Positions 21,951 to 34,000 of a stretch of DNA of 64,000 nucleotides are shown here, piece by piece (position 1 is the stretch's first letter; every line of letters begins with the position of its first letter). The stretch comes from Janthinobacterium lividum (GTDB lineage: Bacteria > Pseudomonadota > Alphaproteobacteria > Sphingomonadales > Sphingomonadaceae): NCBI GenBank assembly GCA_050955125.1, contig JBPBQW010000110.1, positions 1,441 through 65,440 on the forward strand. Reading direction: 5' to 3'. The translations under genes were made by a program, and so were the position numbers. The notes under the pieces were generated by a model, which was not told where the DNA came from, searched no databases, and worked only from the letters and a program-made list of their open reading frames with translations.

Positions 21951-23464
21951 TGGCGGCGGACCCCCGCGGCGCCCCCGCGGCCGCCCCACCCCCCGACATG
22001 CCGGACCTCGATACGCTGGACCTCGCCAGCCACCCGCACGTGCGGTGGCTGGTGCCGCATGTCACGGGGGCAGGCTCGCCCTCGGCTCGGATCCGCGCCG
22101 CCGCGACCGCGATCGCGGCGGTCGCGATCGTCGTGCCGGCAACGGTCGTGCGGTTCGGGCCGGCGCATCACCTGCCCTATGACGTGCTGCTCGCGATCCC
22201 CGGCCGGGTCGTTCCGATCACGCAGGTGCCGGCGGTGGAGCCGGTCGCGAACCGACTGCTCGATCCCGACGACGCGCGCGCCTTCAATGCGACCGTGCCG
22301 TTCTCGACCGATGCGAACCCCGCCGCGCGCGCGTTCCGCCCGGCGGGCGCGGCCGACGATCTGGCGCGCGCGACCGATTGCCTGGCCGCTGCCGCCTATT
22401 ACGAGGCGGGCGACGATCCCGCCGGCGAGCGCGCGGTGGCACAGGTCGTGCTCAACCGCGTCCGCCACCCCGCCTTTCCCAAGACGGTGTGCGGCGTCGT
22501 GTTCCAGGGATCGGAGCGCAGCACGGGCTGCCAGTTCACCTTCACCTGCGACGGCGCGCTCGCGCGCTACATGCCGACGCCGGACGACTGGGCGCGCGCG
22601 CGCGCCATCGCGGCGGCGGCGCTGGCCGGGGCGGTGGACCGGGACGTCGGCTATGCGACCCATTACCATACCGAGTGGGTCGTGCCGTACTGGCAACCCA
22701 GCCTCGACAAGATCGTCGCGGTGCATACCCAGCTCTTCTATCGCTGGACCGGCTGGTGGGGCACGCCGCCTGCGTTCAACCGCCGTGCCGAGCCGGCCGA
22801 GCCGACGATCCCGGCGCTGGCGCGGCTGTCGGACGCGCACCGGACCGCCATCGTGATGGAGGATCCGCTGGTCGATCCGGCGGCGGCGGTCGCGGGCGGC
22901 ACCGACGCGGGCGACGCGCCTGCGGTGGACCCGGCGGTGCTCGCGCAGACGCTGGGCCAGTTCCTCGTGACGCTGCCCGCCCGGCTGCCGGCGGCGGAGT
23001 GGCCGGCCTACGCCAACCGGCTCTGCGGCGCGCGCGTCCAGTGCCGGGTCATGGCGTGGCGGGACAAGGCGCATACCGCCACCACCCTGCCGCTGGAGCT
23101 GACCCAGATCGCGGCGATGCAGTTCAGCTACGTCCGCGATCGTGCCTATGGCTACGACAAGGCACTGTGGAATTGCCGCGATGCGCCCAGGCCCGATCCG
23201 CGTCAGTGCATGAAGCGTCAGGTGCTGATCGGCTTTCCGATGCAGCCCGACCCGGCGCCGCCGACACCGACCGCGCCCGTCGCGTCGTCCGCCGGCCCCG
23301 CGGACCTGCCCGGCGTCCGCCGCAAGGGCGCACCCGATCCGGCCACGACCCCGCCTGCCGCGCCCCGTGTCGTCCCCGCCGCGGCCGATCCGAAGGCCGG
23401 CCGCGCGGGGAGTCGCACGGCGCCGGTCACGCCGCCAGGAACATCTCCGGCGGCAAGGCCATGA
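21950..23464 (+). CDS. SleB-family cell wall hydrolase with TM anchor and Pro-rich C-terminal extension
   Basis: Contains DCLAAAAYYEAGDDPAGERAVAQVVLNRVRHPAFPKTVCGVVFQ...QFTF, the Hydrolase_2/SleB signature. Its start overlaps the cysK stop (TGATG). Confidence 0.8.
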   Translation: MAADPRGAPAAAPPPDMPDLDTLDLASHPHVRWLVPHVTGAGSPSARIRAAATAIAAVAIVVPATVVRFGPAHHLPYDVLLAIPGRVVPITQVPAVEPVANRLLDPDDARAFNATVPFSTDANPAARAFRPAGAADDLARATDCLAAAAYYEAGDDPAGERAVAQVVLNRVRHPAFPKTVCGVVFQGSERSTGCQFTFTCDGALARYMPTPDDWARARAIAAAALAGAVDRDVGYATHYHTEWVVPYWQPSLDKIVAVHTQLFYRWTGWWGTPPAFNRRAEPAEPTIPALARLSDAHRTAIVMEDPLVDPAAAVAGGTDAGDAPAVDPAVLAQTLGQFLVTLPARLPAAEWPAYANRLCGARVQCRVMAWRDKAHTATTLPLELTQIAAMQFSYVRDRAYGYDKALWNCRDAPRPDPRQCMKRQVLIGFPMQPDPAPPTPTAPVASSAGPADLPGVRRKGAPDPATTPPAAPRVVPAAADPKAGRAGSRTAPVTPPGTSPAARP

Positions 23465-25235
23465 CCGCCTCCGCGCCGCCCTCGATCTTGCGGCGGAGCG
23501 CGCCCGTCTCGGGCAGGACGCGCTCGGCGTAGAAGCGTGCGGTGACGAGCTTGGCGTCGAGGAACGCCGTCCCATATCCCTCGTCGCCCTGGCCCTTCAG
23601 CCGCGACGCCGCGACCGCCATCCGCAACCACATCAGCCCGATCGCGACGACGCCCATCAGCTCCATGTAGCTGTACGCGCCCGCACCGACGTTGTCGGGG
23701 TTCTTCATGCCGTTGCCCATGAACCACATCGTCGACGCCTGGAGGTCGCCCAGCGCCTTGCCCAGCCGCTCGGCAATGTCCGCCGTCGCCGGATCGCGCT
23801 TCGCCGCGGCGACCTCCTCGGTCACGATGCGGAAGAACGCCTGCACCGCGCGGCCGCCCTTGTGCGCGAGCTTGCGGCCGACGAGGTCCATCGCCTGCAC
23901 GCCGTTGGTGCCCTCGTAGATCTGCGCGATCCGGGCATCGCGGACGTACTGTTCCATGCCCCATTCGGCGACATAGCCGTGGCCGCCGTACACCTGCTGC
24001 GCAGCCGTCGCGACGCGATAGCCGATGTCGGTGCCATAGCCCTTCACGACCGGGATCAGCAGCCCGATCAGGTCGGCGGCCATCTCGGTGTCCTCGGGGC
24101 TGCCCTCTCCTTCCTCCAGATCGACCTGCAATGCCCCCCACAGGCACAGCGCGCGCAACCCCTCGGTCAGCGCCTTGCCCTCCATCAACATGCGGCGCAC
24201 GTCGGGGTGGACGAACAAGGTGTCTGCTTTTTCGGCGGGGTCCTTCGCGCCCGTCAGCGCGCGGCCCTGACGCCGGTCGTTCGCATAGATGGCGGCGTTC
24301 TGGTACGCGACCTCGGCGATGCCCAGGCCCTGAAGCCCGACGCCCAGCCGGGCGGCGTTCATCATGATGAACATGGCGGCGAGGCCCTTCATCTCCTCGC
24401 CCACCAGCCAGCCGGTCGCTCCATCATAGTTCATCACGCACGTCGAATTGGCGTGAATGCCCATCTTGTGCTCGATCGATCCGCAGGCGACGGCGTTGCG
24501 CGCGCCCAGCGAGCCGTCGTCGTTCACGATGACCTTGGGCACCACGAACAGGCTGATCCCCTTGGACGAGTCGGGCGCGCCCGGCGTCTTGGCGAGCACC
24601 AGGTGGATGATGTTGTCCGTCAGGTCGTGCTCGCCCGACGAGATGAAGATCTTGGTGCCGGTGATCGCCCACGATCCGTCGGCGTTGGGCTCGGCGCGGG
24701 TGCGGATGAGGCCCAGATCCGTGCCGCACTGCGGCTCGGTCAGGTTCATCGTGCCGCCCCACTCGCCCGACACCATCCGGGGCACGTACATCGCCTTCTG
24801 CGCGTCCGACCCCTTGGCGATCAGCGCGGCGATCGCGCCGTGGGTGAGGCCGGGGTACATGGCGAACGCCATGTTGGACGAGATCAGATACTCTTGGAAC
24901 GCGGTGGAGACGACGTGCGGCATCCCTTGCCCCCCGAACTCGGGCGCGTTGCCCAGCGTCGCCCAGCCGCTCTCGACATATTGGCGGTACGCCTCCTTGA
25001 ACCCGGCGGGCGTCGTCACGCTGCCGTCGGCGTGGCGGGTGCAGCCCTCCTGGTCGCCCGACTGATTGAGCGGGAACAGCACGTCGGCGACGAAGCGCCC
25101 GCCCTCTTCCAGCACCGCATCGACGACGTCGGGGCTCGCCGCCTCGAACCGGGGCAGGTCGGAGAAGCGCGACAGGCCGACGACGTGCTCCAGCACGAAA
25201 CGCGTGTCGCGGACGGGGGGCTTATAGCTGGGCAT
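23427..25235 (-). CDS. large acyl-CoA dehydrogenase (about 600 aa, FadE/AidB-like)
   Basis: 602 aa with ACAD N, middle and C-terminal regions (LTEPQCGTDLG, YEGTNGVQAMDLVGRK). The 3' end overlaps the convergent SleB-like gene by 38 nt. Confidence 0.9.
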   Translation of the reverse strand: MPSYKPPVRDTRFVLEHVVGLSRFSDLPRFEAASPDVVDAVLEEGGRFVADVLFPLNQSGDQEGCTRHADGSVTTPAGFKEAYRQYVESGWATLGNAPEFGGQGMPHVVSTAFQEYLISSNMAFAMYPGLTHGAIAALIAKGSDAQKAMYVPRMVSGEWGGTMNLTEPQCGTDLGLIRTRAEPNADGSWAITGTKIFISSGEHDLTDNIIHLVLAKTPGAPDSSKGISLFVVPKVIVNDDGSLGARNAVACGSIEHKMGIHANSTCVMNYDGATGWLVGEEMKGLAAMFIMMNAARLGVGLQGLGIAEVAYQNAAIYANDRRQGRALTGAKDPAEKADTLFVHPDVRRMLMEGKALTEGLRALCLWGALQVDLEEGEGSPEDTEMAADLIGLLIPVVKGYGTDIGYRVATAAQQVYGGHGYVAEWGMEQYVRDARIAQIYEGTNGVQAMDLVGRKLAHKGGRAVQAFFRIVTEEVAAAKRDPATADIAERLGKALGDLQASTMWFMGNGMKNPDNVGAGAYSYMELMGVVAIGLMWLRMAVAASRLKGQGDEGYGTAFLDAKLVTARFYAERVLPETGALRRKIEGGAEAVMALPPEMFLAA

Positions 25236-25665
25236 GATGGTCCTCGGGGTGATGTGGTGGAGTGGCCGCGTCGATCTGCGCGACGAAATCGGACAGTTCG
25301 GCGATGGCGGCGTCGATATCGCGGCGCTGGTCCTCCAGCGCGGCGATCCGCTCGCGACACCGCGCGACGGTCAGCCGCCGCTGCGTCGCGCGGCCGTCGC
25401 CGACGTCGTACAGGTCGATCAGCTCGCGGATTTCCGCCAGGCTGAATCCCACCCGCTTGCCGCGCAGAATCCAGGCGAGCCGCGCGCGATCGCGGGGGGA
25501 ATACAGCCGCTGCGTCCCCCGCCGCTCGGGATCGATCAGCCCCTCGTCCTCGTAGAAACGCAGCGCGCGCGCCGTCACGCCGAACTCGGCGCACAGGTCG
25601 GAGATGGAGCGGGTCTGCTCGGCGGCGGGGGCGAGGCTGGTGGCCATGCGCCGCCGTATGCTCAC
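25222..25665 (-). CDS. MerR family transcriptional regulator (LiuR-like)
   Basis: ISDLCAEFGVTARALRFYEDEGLI is a MerR HTH. The gene lies directly upstream of, and overlaps, the ACAD gene. Confidence 0.9.
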   Translation of the reverse strand: MSIRRRMATSLAPAAEQTRSISDLCAEFGVTARALRFYEDEGLIDPERRGTQRLYSPRDRARLAWILRGKRVGFSLAEIRELIDLYDVGDGRATQRRLTVARCRERIAALEDQRRDIDAAIAELSDFVAQIDAATPPHHPEDHHAQL

Positions 25666-25678
25666 GTTTACGTAAACG

Positions 25679-26203
25679 TCAAGATGCGCAGAGCGGCCGA
25701 CCGGCGCCGTCGCGCTGCGCGCCGGCCTCCGCCACCCCGTCGCTCAGCCGGTCGACGGCGAGGGCGGCGAGCGACGCGCGGCCGGTGCACCGCCGGTCGC
25801 AGCCGTCGGGCAGCTGGGCGGGGAACACGATCCGATCGCCCTCGAACCGCGCGGTGAAGCGGCACGATCCGGCCTCGCCGAGCGCGACGTCCAGCCGGTC
25901 GCCGACCCGCGTGGCGCTGCCGCGCGCGGTGCACCCCGGCGCGTCGTCGAAGCTGACGAGGACGCCGACGCGGTAAGCCCCCGCCCCTGCCGCCGATTCG
26001 CCCGGCACCACGCACATCCGGTCGTTCTCGCGCGCATAGAGCCCGACCGGGTCGGCGCGCGCAGGGTCCGCGATGACCCCGTCCGCGATCGCCGCCGCCT
26101 CCAGCCGGTCGCCCGGCGTATCGCCGCGGACGGGCGCCGCGTGCCGCGGGCCGCAGCCGGCGAGAAGGGCGGCGGCGGCCAGGGTGGCAAAGCGCGTCGC
26201 CAT
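25679..26203 (-). CDS. lipoprotein, unknown function
   Basis: MATRFATLAAAALLAGC is a lipobox signal. GGAGAAGG lies upstream of the ATG at 26203. This is the C-terminal 174 aa of the over-long ORF 25679..26932. Confidence 0.65.
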   Translation of the reverse strand: MATRFATLAAAALLAGCGPRHAAPVRGDTPGDRLEAAAIADGVIADPARADPVGLYARENDRMCVVPGESAAGAGAYRVGVLVSFDDAPGCTARGSATRVGDRLDVALGEAGSCRFTARFEGDRIVFPAQLPDGCDRRCTGRASLAALAVDRLSDGVAEAGAQRDGAGRPLCAS

Positions 26204-26216
26204 CCTTCTCCTATCC

Positions 26217-26311
26217 GTCACCCCGAACTCGTTTCGGGGTCCATCGTCGTCCGCACTCGGCGAAGGCCGGTCCACGCACCGCGATGGATGCCGAAACCAG
26301 TTCGGCATGAC
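26217..26311. repeat. REP/BIME-like pair of inverted 30-nt hairpin elements
   Basis: 26217-26246 reads GTCACCCCGAACTCGTTTCGGGGTCCATCG. The reverse complement of 26282-26311 reads GTCATGCCGAACTGGTTTCGGCATCCATCG. Each copy folds into an 8-bp stem with a 5-nt loop. Confidence 0.75.
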
Positions 26312-26328
26312 GGAGGTGGACTGCGGAC

Positions 26329-26714
26329 TCACGCCACCTCGACCAACCCGTCGCCCCCCTCGCCATCGATGACGACCCGCCGGAAGAAGCAGCTCCGCGC
26401 GCCGGTGTGGCAGGCCGGGCCGGCGGGATCGCAGATCAGCCACACCGCGTCCTGGTCGCAGTCGATTCGCATCTCGGCGACACGCAGGACGTTGCCCGAG
26501 CTCTCGCCCTTGCGCCACAGCCGCCCGCGGCTGCGGGAGCGGAAATGCGCCTCGCCCGTGCTGCGCGTCGCCGCCAGCGCCTCGGCATCCATGTGCGCGA
26601 CCATCAGCAGCTCGCCGGTCACGCGATCGGTGACGACGGCGGTGACGAGGCCCGCCGCGTCCCACTTGGGATCGAACACCAGCCCGGTGTCCCTGCCTTG
26701 GTCGAGAGTGGCGC

Positions 26715-26718
<4 letters not shown>
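26329..26718 (-). CDS. hisI: phosphoribosyl-AMP cyclohydrolase
   Basis: Contains [41 protein letters not shown] and CDQDAVW, and is 129 aa long. Its start overlaps the acs stop (ATGA). Confidence 0.9.
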
Positions 26719-28682
<1,964 letters not shown>

Positions 28683-28755
28683 GGGCTCTCCTAGTCCCCG
28701 CCCCTTACCGGGTGGCGCCCGCTCCCGCTACGGGTCCGTCACGCCGCAGTCCCCG

Positions 28756-30951
28756 CTACAGATCCTTCGTCAGGCCGACGAAGAAGCCGCGGCGTGCGCC
28801 ATATTGCGGCGCGCCGACGCCGACGCCGGTCCCGTCGCGGATCTCGTACACGTGGTCGCCGACGTTGATGACGTCGAACCGCACGCCGACGCCGGGATGG
28901 GCGAGGTGGTAGGACACCGACAGGTTGACGACCGCATAGGACGGCAGCTTGGCGCCGTTGGGCACGTCGCCGTCCGCGCGCAGCCCCGATCCGTACAGCG
29001 CGTCGCCGCCGATCTTCAGCCCCGTGAGCCCGCCCGACCGGACGCTGTACGAGACGCCGCCCGACGCGGTGTAGGTCTGGTCGTGGTCCAGATAGATGTA
29101 GTGACTCTGGATGTAGGCGAGATCGGCGGGGTCGAAGTCGAACTGGCTCGACGTGATGTTCTTGCCCTGCGCCTTGGCATAGGCGATATTGGCATAGGCG
29201 AGCAGGCCGTGCGCGGCATAGCTCGCGTTCGCCTCGACGCCGTGGATGTTGCCGCGCAGATAGTTGAACGGCGTCAGCACGATGGGTGCGCCGAACTGGC
29301 CCTCGTCGATCAGGTTTTTGGAATAGCGCAGATATCCGTCGACGCCGACGGTGAGCGCGCCCCCGATCTTCTGTTGCCAGCCGAGATCGATGTAATGCTG
29401 CCGCTCCGCGAACGGCGTCGTGTTGATCAGTCCAGGCGCCGCCGCGCTGGTGCCGACGAACTCGGCGACCGTGGTCGTCGCGACGAGCTCGAACGGGGGC
29501 GGCGAGAAATAGCGGGCATAGCCCAGGTGCACCGTCGTACCGCCTTGCTGGTACACCAGGCTCGCCCGCGGGCTGAGCTGCTGCTCGCAGCGATAGCCGC
29601 AATAATGATCGAACCGCGCGCCGACGTTGAGCGTCAGCGGCGACGCCAGCCTGATCTCGTCCTGCAGATAGGCGCTCTCGGTCCATTCGGTCTGGCCGCC
29701 GCTGTCCGCGATCGTGATCGGCTGCCCGGTCTGCGCGCCGTCGCCGTCGACCGGCAAGACGGACGTCGTCGTGCGACCATAGCCGTGGTCGCGCGTCACC
29801 AGGAAGCCGCCGCGGATCGTGTTGGTATCATCGAGCTTGTACGACCCGTCGACCTGGCCGCCGAAGGTCAGGTCGGTCTTGAACGCCTGTTGCGCCTGGC
29901 CGTTGAACAGCAGCTCGCCGATCGTGTCCGGGCGGTAGCGCAGCTCCGAGTATCGGCCGAACAGCGACAGCTGATAGGTCAGCCGCTCGTGATCGTGCAG
30001 CAGCGCGAGCTGTCCGAAGGCGGTGCGCTCCAGCTGCCGCTCGTTCAGCTGCTCCGACGGGAAAGCCGTCTGGCCGGCCACCGCATAGCCCAGATCGGGC
30101 TGGAGGCCGCGCTGGTTCGGGATCTCGAAATACTGGTTGGAATATCCGGCGAGGAACGACAGGCGATGGCTCTCGTCGATCGTGTGGTCGATGTAGCTGA
30201 ACGCCTGGAACTGGTCGGTCCGGTCGTGCAGCGGGTCGGCGGAGCCGTTGACGTTCTCGATGCCCAGATCGTCGTGGCGATAATCGCCCGAAACGAAGTA
30301 GTTGGTGTCGCCCGAATGGCCGCCATACTCGACCGATGGCTCGATCATGTCGTGGCTGCCGCCGTACAGCGATGCGGTGCCGCCGTTGGCGAACAGGCCG
30401 CTCTTGGTCGTCACGTCGATGATGCCCGCGGTGCGCAGGCCGTATTGCGCGGGCAGCGCGCCGGTCAGCAGGTTGAACCGCTCGATCAATCGCGGGCTCA
30501 GCGTCTGGCCGAACACCGCGATGCCCTCGGGCAGGACCGTGCCGTTGATGCGGTATTGCAGGCCGTTGTGGTCGTCGCGGACGTGGAACTGCCCGAACCC
30601 GTCCTGCACGACGCCGGGCAACTGCAGGATGATCTGGTTGAACTGCTGGTTGTCGCCGCCGGGCAGCGCCTGGATCGTCGCGTTGGTGATCGTGTAGCTG
30701 GTCGCGCCCAGCGACGGCTGGATCGACGCGCGCGCCTCGTCGAGCCGGCGGCCAGTGACGACGATGTCGCGCGCCGCGGGCGCGGGCGTGGGCTGGGATT
30801 GGGGCCGACTGGCGGGCGCGTCGGTCACCTGCCCGGACGACGCGCCCGCCTGTTGCGCCGCGGGATCGCCGGTCGTCGCGACCTGCGCCAGCGCGCCGCT
30901 CGCCTGCAACGCCAGGACGCTCGCCGCCATCCCCAGTGCCTTGTGCATCAT
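28756..30951 (-). CDS. TonB-dependent receptor
   Basis: Signal peptide MMHKALGMAASVLALQASGALAQ, a plug domain (IVVTGRR, NGLQYRINGT) and a C-terminal beta-barrel ending in F..GLTKDL. GAGGAAGA lies upstream of the ATG at 30951. Confidence 0.9.
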   Translation of the reverse strand: MMHKALGMAASVLALQASGALAQVATTGDPAAQQAGASSGQVTDAPASRPQSQPTPAPAARDIVVTGRRLDEARASIQPSLGATSYTITNATIQALPGGDNQQFNQIILQLPGVVQDGFGQFHVRDDHNGLQYRINGTVLPEGIAVFGQTLSPRLIERFNLLTGALPAQYGLRTAGIIDVTTKSGLFANGGTASLYGGSHDMIEPSVEYGGHSGDTNYFVSGDYRHDDLGIENVNGSADPLHDRTDQFQAFSYIDHTIDESHRLSFLAGYSNQYFEIPNQRGLQPDLGYAVAGQTAFPSEQLNERQLERTAFGQLALLHDHERLTYQLSLFGRYSELRYRPDTIGELLFNGQAQQAFKTDLTFGGQVDGSYKLDDTNTIRGGFLVTRDHGYGRTTTSVLPVDGDGAQTGQPITIADSGGQTEWTESAYLQDEIRLASPLTLNVGARFDHYCGYRCEQQLSPRASLVYQQGGTTVHLGYARYFSPPPFELVATTTVAEFVGTSAAAPGLINTTPFAERQHYIDLGWQQKIGGALTVGVDGYLRYSKNLIDEGQFGAPIVLTPFNYLRGNIHGVEANASYAAHGLLAYANIAYAKAQGKNITSSQFDFDPADLAYIQSHYIYLDHDQTYTASGGVSYSVRSGGLTGLKIGGDALYGSGLRADGDVPNGAKLPSYAVVNLSVSYHLAHPGVGVRFDVINVGDHVYEIRDGTGVGVGAPQYGARRGFFVGLTKDL

Positions 30952-30987
30952 GCGTCTTCCTCGCTTCGTCGGCGGGCCCATGCAGCA

Positions 30988-31005
30988 TGATACTTTGTAT
31001 CACAA
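30988..31005. promoter_or_regulatory. overlapping palindromes (candidate operator) upstream of the TonB-dependent receptor
   Basis: TGATAC-TTT-GTATCA (30988-31002) overlaps TTGT-ATC-ACAA (30995-31005). They sit in a locally AT-rich stretch about 40-55 nt upstream of the receptor start codon. Confidence 0.4.
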
Positions 31006-31078
31006 TCAAAAAGTCTGTCATGTTGGCTGGGGCGACCGGCCGAGCCGCTCCTGTGCGCGATCTTAACGACGTTCGGGA

Positions 31079-34000
31079 TCAGTAATCCTTGGACACGCGC
31101 AGGTTGCCGCTCGTGCGGCCCAGCGTCGACACGCTGGACAGGATCGACAGCCAGCGGGTCACCTGGAACTCGGCCTGCGTCGCCGAATAGCCCTGCCCGT
31201 CGGTCACGATCTCCGCGTACAGCCGCCGCGTCACGTACTTGCCCGCCGCGACGGACGTGCCCTGCCCGGTCTGCGGATCGGCGGGCAGGATGCGCAGCCG
31301 GTCGAGCCCCGCGACCCGGCGCACCGCGTTGATGGGATCGAGCCCGCCGCGCCCGCCGCGCGCCTGCAGCGCCGCCACCGCGGAGGCGAGCTGCAGCGCC
31401 TGAGGCGCGGTCAGGCTGGTGATCGAGGTGCCGAACAGCAGCCGCGACAACAACTCGTCCTCGGGCAGCGCGGGCACGCTGGTGAAGCCGATCTCGGGCT
31501 TGGCGGCGGTGCCCGTCACGCGGATCGTCGCCGCCAGATCGCCCGCGTTGGTGTCCGCCGCGATGTCGAGCCCGGGATCGGCGGGCACGTCGCCGGTGAA
31601 GCGAATCACGCCGCGCGATAGCTGGAACTCGCGCCCCGCGAACGCGACGTCGCCGCGCACCAGCGTCGCGCGGCCGGTGATCGCCGGGTTCGCGCCGTCG
31701 CCGCCGATCGCCAGGTCCGCCGACCATTCGCTCGACAGGCCGAGGCCGCTGACGAGCAGGCCGCGCGCCGCGCTGGCGTGCAGGTCGAGCTTCCACGGCG
31801 TCGCCGGCGCCCCCGCGTCCGCCGCGTCGTCGCCGCCCGGCACGTTGATCTCGCGAACCGCCAGTCGCGGCACCGCCGCCGCCGCGCTCGCCTGGCCGAG
31901 GCGATAGCGGCTGCGGTCCAGCGTCACGGCGCCCGCGATCGTCCCCCCCGCGCCCGTCGACCGGAACGCGAGCGCTCCCGTCACCGTCGCCGCGATGTCG
32001 TCGCGCGCGATCAGCGCGGCGTGATCCGCGCGCAGCGCCAGGTCGATGCCGACGCCGCGGACCGCCGAGAAGTCGAACCGGCCCGTGCCCGTCACCCGGC
32101 CGCCCTTGCCCGCGTCCGCGGCGATCCGGTCGATCGACAGCCGCGATCCCGCGAACCGTCCGCTCGCCTGCACGTTCGTCAGCACGGTGCCCGTCCTCGT
32201 GCTCTCGATCCGCGCCCCGCTCGCCTCCACCGTCCCGCGGATCACCGGATCGGCGAGCTGGCCACGGGCATCCGCCGCGATCGTGATCGGCCCGGACAGG
32301 TCGAACAGCTCGATCCCCGCCAGTCGCCACACCGTGTCCGCGGGGCCGGCGTAGCGCAGCTGCGCGACCAGCGCCCCGCGGGCGAGCCGGCTCGCCAGAT
32401 CGCCCGTTCCCGCCGGACTGACCATCGCCTGCGCGCGGCCGATCGTCCTGCCGCCCGCCGCCATCACCGCGCGCATGCCCAGCCGATCGGCGGACAGCAC
32501 GCCGGCGAGCCCGACGTCGATCGGGGTCGACGTGCTCGCCAGCCCGGATCGCGTGAGCCCGCGCACCGTCACCGACACCCGCCCGGTCGGCGGCCCGCCC
32601 GACGTGTCCGCGATCGACAGTGTGCCCCACGCGCTGCCGCCGAGGCCGAGGCCGGGCCGCGCGAGGTCGAGGATCGACAGCGGCAGCGCGGTCAGCGCCG
32701 CGGTTCCCGACACGCCGCCGTCGGCGACGCGCCCCGCCACCGTCGCCTCGCCACCGGCGAACGCCAGACGCGCCGGCTGCAGCCGCCAGCCGCCGCCCTC
32801 CGCCACGATCACCGCCGGCGCGGTCAGGCGCAGCGGCCGGCCACCCAGCGTCCCCTGCGCCGCGACGTCGTACCGGTCGGGTGCGACATGCGTCGACGTC
32901 TGGATGTCGAACGCGCGGCCGCGATCGCCGGCGAGTTCTGCGCGCACCTCCCCCGTCCCGCCGACGAGCGCGGCATGGGCGGCGAACCGGCCGAGGACGA
33001 GCGTGCCGCGACGCAGGCCGCCGCCGGTCGCGGTCGCCTCCACGCGCGTGCCCGCCGGGTCGAGCATCGCCGCCAGGTCGAGGCGCCCCCGCCGCAGCGT
33101 CGCCCCGCCGCCCAGAGTCGCGGCGGCGGCGTCGAGATGCAGCTCGATCCGCTGCACGGCGCCTACGGGGCGGAGCAGGACCCTGCCCGTCACGCCGTCC
33201 CCGCCGATCGCCAGCGCGCCGTCTAGCCCCGCGTCCGCGATCGCGACAGCACCGCTCGCCCGGATTCCCGCGACCGTCAACGCCGCGACCTCGATCGACG
33301 CCGGCTGCCCCGGCGGCAGCGCGATCCGGCCCGTCCCCGCGAACGGCCCGAGCTTCGACCGGCCCTGCGCGCGGAAGGCGAAACCGGCCGGGTCGGGATC
33401 GAGATGCAGCGCCACCTCGGCGAGCCCCAGCGCGGCGGTCGGCCGCGCGAACACGAGGTCGAGCATCGGCTTCTCGATCCGGCCGTCGAGCCGCAGCGTC
33501 ACCGGGCCCAGGCGCCCCTGCGTGCCCGACCCTGCGAACGCGAAACTGCCGTCGCGCCGCCGAAGCCCCGTGCCCGCCAGTCGGATCGTCGGCCCGGACA
33601 GGACGAGGTGCGACAGGTGCAGCAACCCGTCCGGCGTCCGCTCCAGATCGGTCGCCAGCGTCGGCAGACCGCCGGCGAGACTGCGGAAGAAGCCGTTGTC
33701 GAGCCGGATCATGCGCGCGGTACCGCGGCCGATCACCCGCGTGCCGTGGCCGGCGGGGCCCGGCACCATCCTGAGGTCCGTCGTCACATCGACGATGCCG
33801 AGCCCGGGAATCAGATAGCGGCCGAGCGCGCCGTTCACGCCGATCCGGAACGCGCCGCCGTCGAGATCGACGGAGAGCGCGATCGTCCCGGTGAGCTTGT
33901 CCGAGCGGACCCGAATCGCCTCGCCGGTCAGCAGCTTCGGGGTGAGGCGCAGGACGCCCTGGGCCGCGAATCCGCGCAGGATGCCGCCCGCGTCGTCGCC

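Noticed and set aside
26073-26372. 99-aa plus-strand ORF across the REP/BIME-like element
   Set aside because: It is antisense to the lipoprotein gene and reads straight through two hairpin repeats. It has no RBS and no motif.
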